A stretch of 64,000 nt of DNA from an uncultured delta proteobacterium (GTDB lineage Bacteria > Desulfobacterota > Binatia > Binatales > Binataceae): the NCBI GenBank assembly GCA_963774705.1, contig CAVZFW010000002.1:283236-347235 (forward strand). The letters are read 5' to 3'. Both the position numbers and the translations under genes were made by a program. Under the pieces are notes generated by a model. It made no database searches. It saw only the letters and a program-made list of their open reading frames with translations, and was not told the origin of the DNA. Below are positions 10,996 through 20,927 of the stretch, in pieces (the stretch's first letter is position 1; each line of letters begins with the position of its first letter).

Positions 10996-11871
10996 ATGGA
11001 ACAGGCTAAGCGCGTCGTCACCGATAACATGATGGGACTCAAGCTCCCCGACCATGCGCGGCTTTCGCCGCGGGTGGCGACGGTGCTCGGGCATAACCCG
11101 GGCCCGTTCACGGGACCGGGCACGAACACCTATCTGATCGGCACCGGAACGCGGCCGATTCTGCTCGACACGGGCATCGGCGTGGCGAAATGGGCCGAGA
11201 ATCTGCCGCTCGGGATGCGCGAGCATTGCCGCGCCGACGAACTCGATCGGATCGTAGTGACCCATGCGCATCGCGATCATATCGGCGGGGTCAAGGATGC
11301 GCATCGGCTGTTCGGCGAGGTTCCGGTGCTCAAGCGGCCGTGGCCCGGACAGGACGATCCCGCGGGCATTCCGGTGACCGTGATCGATCAGGGCGCGGAG
11401 GTGACGACGGCGGGTGCGACGTTGCGCGCGGTGTTCACGCCCGGCCATGCGCCCGACCATCTGTGCTATGTCCTGGTCGAAGAAAAAGCGCTCTTCACCG
11501 GCGACGTCGTGCTCGGCGCGGGCACGACGATTATTCCGGACGAAACCGGCGACCTCGGCCAATATATGGACTCGCTCCGGCGTTTGCTGGAGCTTGATGT
11601 CGAGACGATTTACCCGGCGCACGGGCCAGTGATTCGCGACGCCAAGAAGAAGCTGCGCGAATATATCGCGCATCGCGAACTGCGCGAGCGGCAGGTGATT
11701 GCTGCGCTGCAGGACGGTCCGCGCGAGGTGATCGAGATCGTCAAGGCGATTTACACCGACGTGCCCGAGTTCCTGCATCCGGCAGCCGCGCAATCGATGC
11801 GATCGCATTTGCGCAAGCTGCACAAAGATGGCCGGGTCGTGGAAGATGAGAATCGCTGGAGGCTCAATTAG
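10996..11871 (+). CDS. MBL-fold metallo-hydrolase (LACTB2-like, C-terminal winged helix)
   Basis: NPGPFTGPGTNTY, THAHRDHIGG, TPGHAPDH, FTGD, PAHG. Confidence 0.9.
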   Translation: MEQAKRVVTDNMMGLKLPDHARLSPRVATVLGHNPGPFTGPGTNTYLIGTGTRPILLDTGIGVAKWAENLPLGMREHCRADELDRIVVTHAHRDHIGGVKDAHRLFGEVPVLKRPWPGQDDPAGIPVTVIDQGAEVTTAGATLRAVFTPGHAPDHLCYVLVEEKALFTGDVVLGAGTTIIPDETGDLGQYMDSLRRLLELDVETIYPAHGPVIRDAKKKLREYIAHRELRERQVIAALQDGPREVIEIVKAIYTDVPEFLHPAAAQSMRSHLRKLHKDGRVVEDENRWRLN

Positions 11872-12802
11872 GCGGCGCGCGCCGTATCGGGTTATCGCGG
11901 CAACCGCCGCAATCCTGATCGTAACGCGCAGTGCATGCGTCCTAGCCGCGGACGCGAGGCCCGCCGATAGCGCGGCAGCCGCGGCGCTCTACGAATCGGA
12001 GGCGGCGGATGGCGCCGGCTTGTCCCCCGCAAAAGCCACCTCCGCCGCGGCGAATGCCACCACGGCGACGCGGACCGCATCGGCTTCAGACGGTTCCGCG
12101 ACCGAGGATGATTTCGCGCCCGCGGTGAAGCCGTCGGCGTTGCCGCCGGTCACTACCGAGACCGTGATCGTGCCCACGTCGATGCCGGCGCCGACCTACG
12201 TCCAGCAGGGTGCCGCGATGCCGCCGTCCACCACCGAAATCCCGCAGCGCGACGCGGGTCCGCAACCAGGCACCGCGGAAATCCAGAGCGGCGCTCCAGA
12301 CCAGCAAGCGGCCGATTACGCCGCGCAACATCCGGAGCAAATCGATCCGCAACTCCATTCGCTGCAGGAGTTCATGAGCGAAGACGATCAGATGTCGCCG
12401 CTCGGGATGCAGTTGCGCGAAGATCAGCGCAAGCTCGATTCCGGCGAAGTCGCTACGGGCCTGCTGGTCGTCGCGATCCAGCGGCATAGCGCGGCCGCCA
12501 TCGCGGGCCTGCACGCCATTAACCACACCCCGCACGACGTCGTGAATGGCCTCGCCGTAGCCGCCTCGCTGTTCTTTCCGCCCGCGGTGCTGGTGATTCC
12601 GATCACCCAACAGATGAGCCTTGGCGAAAGCTACGATATGATCATCGGCGTGGACGGCACGCGAGTCACCAACTATCTCGACTTCGAGGACCGCCTGCGC
12701 GACATCCAGCCGGGCGAAATCGTTTACCTGAGCGTGGTGCGCGACGGCAAGCGGGTGCAGGTGCCGGTTCACGTTCAAGCGCTGCCGCAATCGGTTTTTT
12801 GA
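11828..12802 (+). CDS. Exported PDZ-domain protein
   Basis: C-terminal DMIIGVDGTRVTN...PGEIVYLSVVRDGKRVQV; N-terminal signal and low-complexity region; start uncertain. Confidence 0.7.
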   Translation: MAGSWKMRIAGGSIRRRAPYRVIAATAAILIVTRSACVLAADARPADSAAAAALYESEAADGAGLSPAKATSAAANATTATRTASASDGSATEDDFAPAVKPSALPPVTTETVIVPTSMPAPTYVQQGAAMPPSTTEIPQRDAGPQPGTAEIQSGAPDQQAADYAAQHPEQIDPQLHSLQEFMSEDDQMSPLGMQLREDQRKLDSGEVATGLLVVAIQRHSAAAIAGLHAINHTPHDVVNGLAVAASLFFPPAVLVIPITQQMSLGESYDMIIGVDGTRVTNYLDFEDRLRDIQPGEIVYLSVVRDGKRVQVPVHVQALPQSVF

Positions 12803-12946
12803 CATCCGTACGGAATTGCGCTTTACCTCTTGATCGGTTCGCGCTAGAAGGTTTGGTCCGTCGAGACTGAAGTTCCGGCGAGATGACCTGATAATTGACG
12901 AGGCGATATCGGGCGACAGCGTCCGTGACGAGGAACATAAGGTTGG

Positions 12947-13055
12947 GCTCCAAGCCTGGATCCGAATGAGGACCGGGACCCCGAGCGGAACTTGAGCGCG
13001 TAGGTGTATTGGCGCTTTCGATGCGGGGTTGCCGGTTAGGGCGGCTCCGCATTTT
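12947..13055 (+). promoter_or_regulatory. Structured panB leader: pan-motif-like hairpin plus terminator-like hairpin
   Basis: CCTGGATCC-GAATGA-GGACCGGG bulged hairpin (12955-12977); ATGCGGGGTTGCC/GGCGGCTCCGCAT+TTT at 13021-13055, about 27 nt before panB. Confidence 0.45.
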
Positions 13056-13082
13056 GCATATTTGAGATGGGTGGGCGACATC

Positions 13083-13913
13083 ATGGCAAAAGATAAAGTC
13101 CGCGTTACCGATCTGAGCCGTATGAAAGCCGAGGGTATGCCGATCGCGATGCTGACGGCCTACGACTTTCCGTTTGCGCGCATATTCGACAATGCGGGTG
13201 TTGACGTGATGCTCGTCGGCGACAGCCTCGGGATGGTCGTGCAGGGCGCCGACAGCACGTTGCCGGTCACGCTCGACGAGGTCATCTATCACACCCGGAT
13301 GGTCGTGCGGGGTCGCCGCCGCGCGCTGGTCGTCGCCGACCTGCCCTTCCTCACCTACCAGGTCAGCGTCGAGCAGGCGTTGAACAACTCCGGCCGCTTG
13401 ATCAAAGAGGGCGGGGCCGAGGCGATCAAGCTCGAGGGCGGTATCACGATGGCCGAAACGATTCGCCGCGTGGTCGATATCGATATCCCGGTGATGGGCC
13501 ATATCGGCCTGACGCCACAATCGATCCATCGCATGGGCGGCCATCGCGTGCAGGGACGCCGCTCCGGCAAAAGCGCCGGATGCCGTGAACGGTTGCTCGA
13601 AGACGCGGCCGCGATCGAACAGGCGGGCGCCTTCGCGATGGTTCTCGAAGGCATCCCGGCAGAACTCGCGCGTGAGATCACCGAGCACGCGTCGATTCCG
13701 ACGATCGGCATCGGCGCGGGCGTCGGCTGCGACGGTCAGGTGCTCGTGATGCACGACGTCCTCGGCCTCAGCGAGTCGTTCCTGCCGCGCTTCGCCAAGC
13801 CCTACGCTAATCTGTGGCAGGACGCGTCGGCGGCGGCCACCAGTTATATCCGCGAAGTTCGCGAGCGCGCGTTCCCCACGCCCGAGCATAGCTACGGCAT
13901 CAAGGGAGCCTGA
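13083..13913 (+). CDS. panB: 3-methyl-2-oxobutanoate hydroxymethyltransferase
   Basis: MLTAYD, LVGDSLGM, KLEGG, GHIGLTPQ, IGIGAG, DGQVLV. Confidence 0.98.
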   Translation: MAKDKVRVTDLSRMKAEGMPIAMLTAYDFPFARIFDNAGVDVMLVGDSLGMVVQGADSTLPVTLDEVIYHTRMVVRGRRRALVVADLPFLTYQVSVEQALNNSGRLIKEGGAEAIKLEGGITMAETIRRVVDIDIPVMGHIGLTPQSIHRMGGHRVQGRRSGKSAGCRERLLEDAAAIEQAGAFAMVLEGIPAELAREITEHASIPTIGIGAGVGCDGQVLVMHDVLGLSESFLPRFAKPYANLWQDASAAATSYIREVRERAFPTPEHSYGIKGA

Positions 13914-13918
13914 GCGAC

Positions 13919-14824
13919 GTGGAGATCATCGCGTCGCCAATCGCGATGCAGCGTTGGTCCGAGGAGGCCCGGCGGCGCGGCGAGACGATCGCCTTCGTGC
14001 CGACGATGGGCTTTCTGCACGAGGGCCATCTCACCCTGATGCGCGAGGGTCGCGCGCGCGCCACGCGGCTCGCCAGTTCGCTCTTCGTCAATCCGACGCA
14101 GTTCGGGCCCAATGAGGACTTCTCGCGCTACCCGCGCAATTTCGACGGCGATTGCGAAATGATGCGCAAGGTACCGGTCGATGTGCTGTTCGCGCCCGAG
14201 CCCGAAGCGATGTTCCCGGCCGGCTCGCAGACCTGGGTCGAGGCAACCGAAGTCACGCAGGGGCTGTGCGGCGATCATCGCCCGGGCCATTTTCGCGGCG
14301 TGACCACGGTCGTCGCCAAGCTCTTCAATATCGTCAAGCCGCATCTCGCGCTCTTCGGCGAGAAGGACTTCCAGCAACTACGCGCGATCCAGCGGATGGT
14401 CGTCGATTTGAATTTCGACCTTGAAATCGTGCCGGTCGCGACGGTGCGCGAGCTCGACGGCCTCGCGATGAGTTCGCGCAACGCCTATCTCTCGCCGGAA
14501 GAGCGTCAACGTGCGCTCGCCTTGAGCCGCGCTTTGCAGAGTGCGCGCGAGGTCGCGGCGAGCGGCGCTCGCACCACCGCACAACTCGCATGCGCGGCGC
14601 GGGCGGTGCTCGAACGGACGTCCGGTCTCGAAATCGAATACGTCGAAGCGGTCGATGCCGAGACGCTCAAGCCGCTGGACGGTTTCGATCGCGCGGTGGT
14701 CGTCGCAATCGCGGCGCGCGTCGGCAAAACCCGCCTCATCGATAACGCCACCCTGACCCCGGCCGCCTCTAACTTCGCGTCCCGCGCAGAGACCCCATCT
14801 TCATCCAAGGAGACGGCAAGCTGA
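13919..14824 (+). CDS. panC: Pantoate-beta-alanine ligase
   Basis: FVPTMGFLHEGH, FVNPTQF, RPGHFRGV, FGEKDFQQ, GLAMSSRN, TRLIDN. Confidence 0.98.
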   Translation: MEIIASPIAMQRWSEEARRRGETIAFVPTMGFLHEGHLTLMREGRARATRLASSLFVNPTQFGPNEDFSRYPRNFDGDCEMMRKVPVDVLFAPEPEAMFPAGSQTWVEATEVTQGLCGDHRPGHFRGVTTVVAKLFNIVKPHLALFGEKDFQQLRAIQRMVVDLNFDLEIVPVATVRELDGLAMSSRNAYLSPEERQRALALSRALQSAREVAASGARTTAQLACAARAVLERTSGLEIEYVEAVDAETLKPLDGFDRAVVVAIAARVGKTRLIDNATLTPAASNFASRAETPSSSKETAS

Positions 14825-14896
14825 GGCCCCTTTCACGGCGAGGCTCTCGTTGGGCATCCGCGCCGCACGATGCCCCGCCTTTGTTCTCGTCATTTC

Positions 14897-15046
14897 CAAC
14901 ACCTCTGCTTGTCCCGCGAGCGAAAACGGTAAGCGGTGCTCTCAACGCTTCTCCTTGTCCAGCGAGCGGATAGCGAGACCCGTGCTCTCAACACCTCTCC
15001 TTGTCGAGGGAGAGGTCGCGTGAGCATCGCGAACGGGGGTGAGGGC
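14897..15046 (+). repeat. Solo GGGAGAGG-hairpin-GGTGAGGG repeat with triplicated outer end
   Basis: 58-bp element at 14989-15046; CAACACCTCTCCTTGTCC-like unit recurs at 14897, 14943, 14989 (46-bp period). Confidence 0.85.
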
Positions 15047-15113
15047 GATCTGGAACTTGAATCGCGCGACCGAATCAAATGCGGCGCGCAGAACGTGAGG
15101 AGTAGTTATAACC

Positions 15114-15482
15114 ATGCGCATCATGCTTCGCGCCAAGCTTCATCGCCTGCACCTGACCGGCGCCGATCCCGACTACGAGGGCAGCATCGCGATCGATACC
15201 AACCTGCTAAAGGCCGCCGGCATTATCGAGAACGAGATGGTGCACGTGTGGAACGTGACCAACGGCGAGCGGCTCGAGACTTACGCGATCAAGGCGCCGG
15301 CCGGCTCGGGCGAGGTCTCCCTCAATGGGGCGGCGGCGCTGCGCGGCAAGCCCGGCGACATCATCATCGTGGCGACCTTCGCGCCGATGGACGAAGTTCG
15401 CGCGCGGCGTCACGTCCCGACCGTGATCCACGTTGACGAACATAATCGTCCTCGCGAACTCGGCCTCGCCAACACCGGCTGA
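15114..15482 (+). CDS. panD: Aspartate 1-decarboxylase
   Basis: MLRAKLHR, YEGSIAID (G-S cleavage site), NGERLETY, NGAAA. Confidence 0.97.
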   Translation: MRIMLRAKLHRLHLTGADPDYEGSIAIDTNLLKAAGIIENEMVHVWNVTNGERLETYAIKAPAGSGEVSLNGAAALRGKPGDIIIVATFAPMDEVRARRHVPTVIHVDEHNRPRELGLANTG

Positions 15483-15635
15483 TTACTCGCCGCGGTTCCA
15501 TTCCGAAATCACCCATCGCGGATTGCAGTGAGATCAGCGGTCGGCCTCCCGGTATTCATTCACGGTACCTGACTGCTGGAAGGATGGCCGATGACCGCAC
15601 GACGGAGGTGAGTCGAAGCAATGCGATGATTCCGA

Positions 15636-15926
15636 TCACGCAATTCGGCACAGCAGTCCTGCGATCTTCGGCAGATTTATCAGAAACCGGAGTGTTACGT
15701 AGATAACAAAAGCTGTAGCGGCTAGCAGAATCGCTTGACCACTAAGATAGTCTGAGTGTCGAATCCTCTGAGGAACGTCAAAGCACGCGATGAAGCTACC
15801 CGCCACGAATACCATTAGCAATACGGTAGATTCGCAATCGGAGTGAAGTAGGTTCGCAAACCGCCGATCCCTGATGACAGAATCGGAATAGCGACTGCCG
15901 AAGATATTCCGCGAAGCGGCAGGCAC
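15636..15926 (-). CDS. Possible small membrane protein or remnant
   Basis: Two hydrophobic segments in a lower-GC patch; no clear RBS. Confidence 0.3.
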   Translation of the reverse strand: MPAASRNIFGSRYSDSVIRDRRFANLLHSDCESTVLLMVFVAGSFIACFDVPQRIRHSDYLSGQAILLAATAFVIYVTLRFLINLPKIAGLLCRIA

Positions 15927-16123
15927 ATTATGCGGATGCCCAACGCGATTTCGAGTACGCGATCGTTCTTCAGCAAATTCTTTTGAAGAGACTCGGTAGG
16001 TCTTGAATCCGGGCGGCTGTCGGCCTGCTTGCGATTCGTCGGGATGTCGTCCGCAAGATCAGAATGACACACTGGATTGAGCGGACGTCCGCAGTTAATC
16101 TGCGCCGCCATGAGCCTGCGGTC

Positions 16124-16181
16124 CAGCACCGCTCCTTGTCCAGGGAGAGGTCGCGTGAGCATCGCGAACGCGGGTGAGGGC
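16124..16181 (+). repeat. Second solo copy of the GGGAGAGG-hairpin-GGTGAGGG repeat
   Basis: 54/58 identical to 14989-15046. Confidence 0.9.
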
Positions 16182-16224
16182 AGCGGAGCGGCTGCCCGGG
16201 CGGGACAGCCGCTCATCTTATCTT

Positions 16225-17550
16225 CTAATAATAATCCACCGGGTCGATCTGCCGCTTCGCCCCGTACCAGAACAGCATGTTCTCAGTCAGCCCCTGCCAG
16301 GTGAATTTCCCCGGCGGCATCAGCAGCCGCTTGAACATCGACTTGAACGAATAGAACTCCTTGGTGCAGCGCCACACGCCCTCTTCGACCTGCTGCGGCG
16401 ACAGATTCTTCGGCACGAACATGCACCGAAAGTTATTCGTGTACATGTCGGCGTCCGGGATAATCACGCGCCCTTCGTCCTCGAGCTGCGTGCGCATCGG
16501 CGTGCCCCGGCGCGGCGTCACCGTATTGAAGAACGCCTCGGGCGCCTTGACCTCGTGCAGGAACTTGAGCGTGTCGTCGAAAATCGCCGGATGGTCGTCC
16601 TCGAGCCCGAACAGGAAATTGAGCGAATAGTAAATCCCGTAATGTTCGAGGCGCTTGAGCAGCTTCTTGTAGTCCTTGGCGTGATTCTGAATCTTGTTCA
16701 TCGACAGCAGGCTGTCCTGGCTGATCGATTCGACGCCGATATTGACGTGGAACACGCCGGCCTTCGCCGCCAGCTCCAGCATCTCCTCGTCGTGATTCGA
16801 ATTGACCGTCCACAGGCATGAGAAGCGGATATTGAGCGGGGCGAGCGCGCGGAACAGTTCCTTGGCGAACTTGTGCTTGCCGGTGATCTGGTCGTCGATA
16901 AACTGGAAGCGGCGGAAGCCGGTCACCGCCATCACCTGCTTGATCTCCTCGACGATCTCCTCGACCGGCCGCGTCCGATAGCTGCCGTTGTAGAAGACCG
17001 GAATCTCGCAGAACGAGCAGCGATACGGACAGCCGCGGCTGGCCTGCACCGGCACCGCCTTGAACAGGTACTTGTTCAGCTTGAGCAGTTCGTGACGCGG
17101 GCGCGGCAGGCCCTTCAGGTCATGCAGCTTGTCGGCCTTGTAGGTCTGCTTGAGCTTGCCGTCCTGCCAGTCGCGCAGCAGCGGCTCCCACACCAGGTCG
17201 GCTTCGCCCTGCACTACGGCGTCGGCATGCTTGAGCGCCTCTTCGGTCTGCAGCGTCGCATGAAATCCGCCCATCACGACCGGGATGCCGCGTTTGCGGA
17301 ACTCATCGCCCAGTTGATACGCGCGCAGCGACGCGCCGATCGTGGTCGTCATGCCGACGAGGTCCCAGCCCCCGTCGAAGTCGAGATCCTCGAGCCGTTC
17401 GTCGCAGAGCGTTACGTCGAAGTCGTCGGGCGTCAGTCCCGCCATCAGCGGAATCATCAGCCCCATGATCAAACGCCAGCGCGTCTTGTGCGGTGTGCCG
17501 TCGAGATGGACCGTAGTCGGTTGAACCAGCAGAATTCGCGGCTTCTTCAC
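16225..17550 (-). CDS. B12-binding-domain radical SAM protein (class B methyltransferase-like)
   Basis: N-terminal cobalamin domain (VVMGGFHAT, DAVVQGEAD), QASRGCPYRCSFC, IGVES; GTG start with AGGGAGG RBS. Confidence 0.9.
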   Translation of the reverse strand: MKKPRILLVQPTTVHLDGTPHKTRWRLIMGLMIPLMAGLTPDDFDVTLCDERLEDLDFDGGWDLVGMTTTIGASLRAYQLGDEFRKRGIPVVMGGFHATLQTEEALKHADAVVQGEADLVWEPLLRDWQDGKLKQTYKADKLHDLKGLPRPRHELLKLNKYLFKAVPVQASRGCPYRCSFCEIPVFYNGSYRTRPVEEIVEEIKQVMAVTGFRRFQFIDDQITGKHKFAKELFRALAPLNIRFSCLWTVNSNHDEEMLELAAKAGVFHVNIGVESISQDSLLSMNKIQNHAKDYKKLLKRLEHYGIYYSLNFLFGLEDDHPAIFDDTLKFLHEVKAPEAFFNTVTPRRGTPMRTQLEDEGRVIIPDADMYTNNFRCMFVPKNLSPQQVEEGVWRCTKEFYSFKSMFKRLLMPPGKFTWQGLTENMLFWYGAKRQIDPVDYY

Positions 17551-17591
17551 AAACCCTCCCTTGCTTCGATAGCGCGCCCGGTCGTGCGGTA

Positions 17592-18826
17592 CTAGACCCG
17601 CACCTCGTCCTGTGCCCGGCGCCGATTTGTCATCCACCACAGGCTGTAGGCGAAAACCCAGGATCCGAAAGCGGCGCTCCACGCGAAAACCGGCAGCCAA
17701 TTTAATAGCGCGAGCACCAACACGAGGTAAGCGAAATCGCGGCCGGTCACCCGTTCCACCGCGCCGATCCACTGCTCCGCCTGCGCGCCGGTCAGATTGA
17801 GCGCGCGGTTAACCGAGATCGCACAAAAGGCGAAACCCGCCAGCAGAATCGCCAGCAGGTAGAAGTAAGTCGAGCTCTGACTGGCGCGATAGCAGCCGAT
17901 CATCAGCCCGATGAAAATCGCGACATGCACGATGTTGTCGGTCATCACGTCGAGCTTCTTGCCGGCCTCGGATTCGACCATCCGCAACCGCGCCAGCTCG
18001 CCATCGACGCCGTCGAGCGTGACTACAGACCAGGAACAGCGCTGCGCCGATCAGGCGCATCCAGTAACTCGTCGTCGCGAGCATCGCCGCGCAGAAAAAA
18101 CCCAGCGCGGTGTTCGCTAGTGTGACGTGATTCGGCATCACGCGGGTGCGCGCTAGGCGATAACTCAGCCGCCACGACAGCCGCCGATCGACCAGCCGCG
18201 CCAGCACCGCGTCGGTCTCGAGGCTCTCGTTCCGCACCGACTTCGCGAGCCGCAGTTCCGCCTCCTCGCGATCCTCCGGCCGGCCGTTGAGCGCGAACGG
18301 CAGATAGCCGATGGGTCGAATGGCCGATCCGGTTTCCCCGCCCAAAGCCCCGTCAGCCGAGGCGGCATTCGCCGGTCCTACGCTGCCCGCACCAGCATCG
18401 CCGCCTTGCATCAGATGACCCAGCGGCCCGAGGCGTATCATGCCGCCGCAGTCGTCGTCCGCGCTCGTAAAGCAGAGCTCGCGCCCGGGATTTGTCGCGT
18501 AATCGGCAAGCATGCGCCGCAATTGCGATTGCGCCATCACCAGGTTGCCGCGCAACGCGATACTCGGTGCGGACGGATCGATTCCCTCGGGCCATCCACC
18601 TGCCGCGTTTATCGAATCGACGATCGTCACCTGCGGATTCGCGCCGAAACTGCCGAGCGCGGCGCGAATCGTCGCATGCTCGGCCGGCGGGCGCTTCGAT
18701 AATGAAACGGCGCACTCCGGCGCGCGAGCACTGGATCATGAGGCGTTCCAGCAACGGACGTCCGAAGATCGTTTCATGCGCGCGGGAAGGCGCGCTAATC
18801 AATGCGGTTTCAATCAAGGCGGTCAA
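17592..18826 (-). CDS. CDP-alcohol phosphotransferase with degenerate N-terminal NTP-transferase-like domain (frameshifted in assembly)
   Basis: Joined frames: IFGRPLLERL..AGVRRFII; VMPNHVT; LDGVDGELARLRMVESEAGKKLDVMTD = DGxxARx8GxxxDxxxD motif. Confidence 0.85.
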
Positions 18827-18850
18827 ATTAGAACTAGGTTTTTAAGCGAT

Positions 18851-18906
18851 TCTGACCGCAGAGTCAATGTAACCCGAATGTAATCTGACCGCACAGTCAA
18901 TGTAAC
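18851..18906. promoter_or_regulatory. Twin operator-like direct repeats
   Basis: TCTGACCGCA(G/C)AGTCAATGTAAC twice, 33 bp apart, each containing TGAC-N6-GTCA; in divergent promoter region. Confidence 0.6.
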
Positions 18907-19188
18907 GAGAGCACAAAAACAACTTAATTGGTGGGCGATATTCCGGCTGGGCATCCGCGTCCATAGAATCACATGCGACCCGCCAGCGCGAGCACGGTTA
19001 AGGTCGCGATTAAGCTTGCTTGCAACGCGCGCCCGATTGTAGAGACCGTCCTCGTCCAACTGTTAAACTCTTCGACGATTCACACAACACGCAGGTTCGT
19101 TCACCACCGTACGCAGTCGATAGCGAACCCCGCGCGTCAACGTAATCGCACGACTTGGTCGTCATTCGAGCATCGCGAGCGTCAGTCA

Positions 19189-20072
19189 GTGAAAAAAACC
19201 ATCCTCTTTGATTTCGGCGGCACCCTCGACTCTCCGCGCCACTGGCTCGATCGCTTTCTGGTCGCACTATCGCGCCGCCGGTATCGAGATCACGCGCGAG
19301 CAACTCGACCCCGCCTTCGATCACGCGACCCGCATCGCCTACCGCTCGACCCGAATGCTCTCATCCTATGGGCTAATTGAACTGGTGGATTACCTCGTCC
19401 GCCTGCAAATCGACCATCTAAGCCGTGACGGCGCACCGGAATTGCGCGAAATCCTGCGCGCCGCGTCCGCCGGGATGCGCCTGCCGGAGATCGCCGGCTG
19501 GATCACCCAATCGTTCGTTGCGGAGTCGCGCGAGGGGTTCGCGGCCAGCCGAAAGTTACTGACGGCTCTCTCCAGGCGCTTCCGGATGGGGGTTGTTTCC
19601 AATTTTTATGGTAACCTGAAGAACATTCTTGCCGAGTCCAATCTGGCGCAGATTCTTCGGCGTCGTCGCCGATTCCTCGCAACTTGGGATCTTCAAGCCG
19701 GAGCCGGGTATTTTCGATCACGCGCTGAAACGCCTCGGCTCCATCCCTTCCGAAACCGCGATGGTCGGTGATTCGCTGGCCAAGGATTGTGCGCCCGCCC
19801 ACAGACTCGGAATCACCACGATCTGGCTCCGCCACGCCCCTCTCTCGGATGCGGCTCGCCTGCAGTATTCCGCAATCGCGCAGACGGGAGACCTCATTGG
19901 CGACGCCCGCGTGATCGAGCGGCGCTCGCCGCGACCAGACCGGCCGCCGGACCGGCCAACCGACGACGAAATTGCGGGTACAGAACAAAGCCAATTAACC
20001 TCCGGTTTCACTGCGGATTTCACGATCGAGGGTGTCGAGGAGTTGGAGCATTTGAACTGGTGGCGGTCGTGA
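19189..20072 (+). CDS. HAD-family hydrolase (frameshifted)
   Basis: ILFDFGGTLDS, GVVSNFYGNL, GIFKPEPGIF, MVGDSLAKD across three frames. Confidence 0.85.
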
Positions 20073-20884
20073 GCGACGCGAAAGATGCCCCAGATGCAAG
20101 CCATGGGAGGCACATACCAGGCGCGCAGCCAGCACCATCCGCCAAGCGCATAACAGGGCTCTCGGGCGCGATAATCGCCGCCGGTCGTGGCGAGCGACTG
20201 CGCGCAGCCTCGGAAGGTGTCCCCAAGCCGCTGGTCGAGCTCGGCGGCGAGCCGCTGCTGGTCCGCCAGGCCCGCGCGATTGCCCGCGCTCGGCGCGTAC
20301 TCCGGTGCATGCGATCATCAATTCGGAAACCGCGCGGATGATTCGCGAGCGCGACCTTGACGATGCCACCTGAAGTCGAGTCTGCACGTGCGCGATACCG
20401 CCAATTCGATGGAGTCGCTGCTGACGCTCGGCGAGCATATCGCACCCGGCCGCTTCCTGATGACGACGGTTGACGCGGTCGTGCCGCCGGCCGAATTGGC
20501 AGCGCTTTGCCGTCCGCGCGCCTCGATCTCACCGACCCGGTCAATCTCGATGCTCTTGACGGCGTGCTGGGAGTGGTAAAATGGCGCGGCGACAGGCACC
20601 CGCTGTTCGCGGAAGTTGCACCCGATGGTACTATATGTGCCTTGGGTGACCACGAATCGCGGCAGGTCACGGCGGGGGTTTATCTGTTTTCGACACGCAT
20701 ATTCTCGTTTGGCGACAAGGCGCGCACCGTCGGGCTCGACGCGATGCGGCGGTATCTGGCACTGCTGATCAGCGAAGGCATGCGCTTTGCTGCTGTTGAG
20801 CTGAGCGATGTGATCGACGTTGATGAGGCAGTGGATCTGGACGCGGCGCGCGCGCTAGTCGCAAGTCAGGGCGGTCGGTCCTGA
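20069..20884 (+). CDS. NTP transferase (cytidylyltransferase-like), frameshifted
   Basis: AIIAAGRGERL...PKPLV, TANSMES, FLMTTVD, TAGVY, VIDVD; GTGA overlap with HAD stop. Confidence 0.85.
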
Positions 20885-20927
20885 CCGCGATGGTCGCTGG
20901 CGGTCTTGCGAGGACCGGAGCATCTCG

